Part shown: positions 63,522-64,000 of the stretch, piece after piece | Layout: each line of letters opens with the position of its first letter | Position numbering within the stretch: position 1 is the stretch's first letter | From: Pristiophorus japonicus | Lineage: Eukaryota | Length of the DNA stretch: 64,000 nt | NCBI RefSeq assembly: GCF_044704955.1 | Contig: NC_091990.1 | Coordinates: forward strand, 187,302,001-187,366,000 | Reading direction: 5' to 3' | The notes under the pieces: generated by a model | Told to the model about the DNA's origin: nothing | Seen by the model: only the letters and a program-made list of their open reading frames with translations | The model's database searches: none | Made by a program: the position numbers and the translations under genes

Positions 63522-64000
63522 ATTTTGTCCCACTGTACTGGGCGAGCAAGGGGAAGAAGTCAGGTACAAATTAATGAATTCATTTTCTTAAGAGTTGAAA
63601 TAGTTGAGATTCGTTATAGTTTTCAAAACACGGGACACAGTTTCAAAATCCCTTATGTTTACCAGAAAAAAAATCAATTTTTTGACTAAATCCGACACAG
63701 CATTCCCCCACACCTTATCAATTAGTTATCAGTAAATAAATATGCTTAACTCGTGAACAGCTGCCCACGGCAGTTTCTACATGTAACGTATCTTTAATGT
63801 ACTGAGAATTAGGTTGAAATATATTAAGATAAACTTTAAAATTATTTACTAAACAAATCCAAATAACTTTCTGCATTTGTCTTTTTATCAAAGATTTAGT
63901 TCTACAAGGTGCAGTTTTAAAAATACTCTTAATTTTTAGACTCACACAGATGGCTGGTAACACCTCTAGTCCAGTATGGTAAACAGGACATGTTATGAGA

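Noticed and set aside
63522-63569. TTG-initiated N-terminal extension of ASCL3
   Set aside because: Overlaps a polypyrimidine tract and splice acceptor; the first in-frame ATG is at 63521

Overview
Repeat-rich vertebrate genomic DNA, not prokaryotic. The CR1/L2/RTE/DeuSINE/Penelope repeat complement looks like a cartilaginous fish (shark); that assignment is inference. Three host genes match the AKIP1 - C11orf16 - ASCL3 order of human 11p15.4. (1) The last two coding exons of AKIP1 (+, 153-796). (2) An 11-coding-exon C11orf16 orthologue (-, 32810 to 5719). I spliced it by hand into one 2772-nt frame (923 aa; 851 aa without one cassette exon) carrying an N-terminal VWA domain, a DUF4537-like core and a charged coiled-coil tail, with a candidate RFX/ZNF143 promoter at about 33.3-33.4 kb. 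(3) The single-exon ASCL3 bHLH CDS (-, 62883-63521). More than half of the window is decayed and often nested mobile DNA: several CR1 subfamilies, L2, RTE, SINEs, four solo LTRs, PIF/Harbinger-like elements, a Tc1/mariner MITE and Penelope-like fragments. The best leads are the VWA-extended C11orf16, a solo-LTR family carrying CTCF motifs, a twin-primed RTE insertion, a hammerhead-ribozyme relic with a 14-bp TSD, and a multi-level nested transposon stack. I see no convincing wholly new multi-gene system. Repeat boundaries without stated TSDs are approximate, and all family assignments come from recalled consensus features, not database searches.
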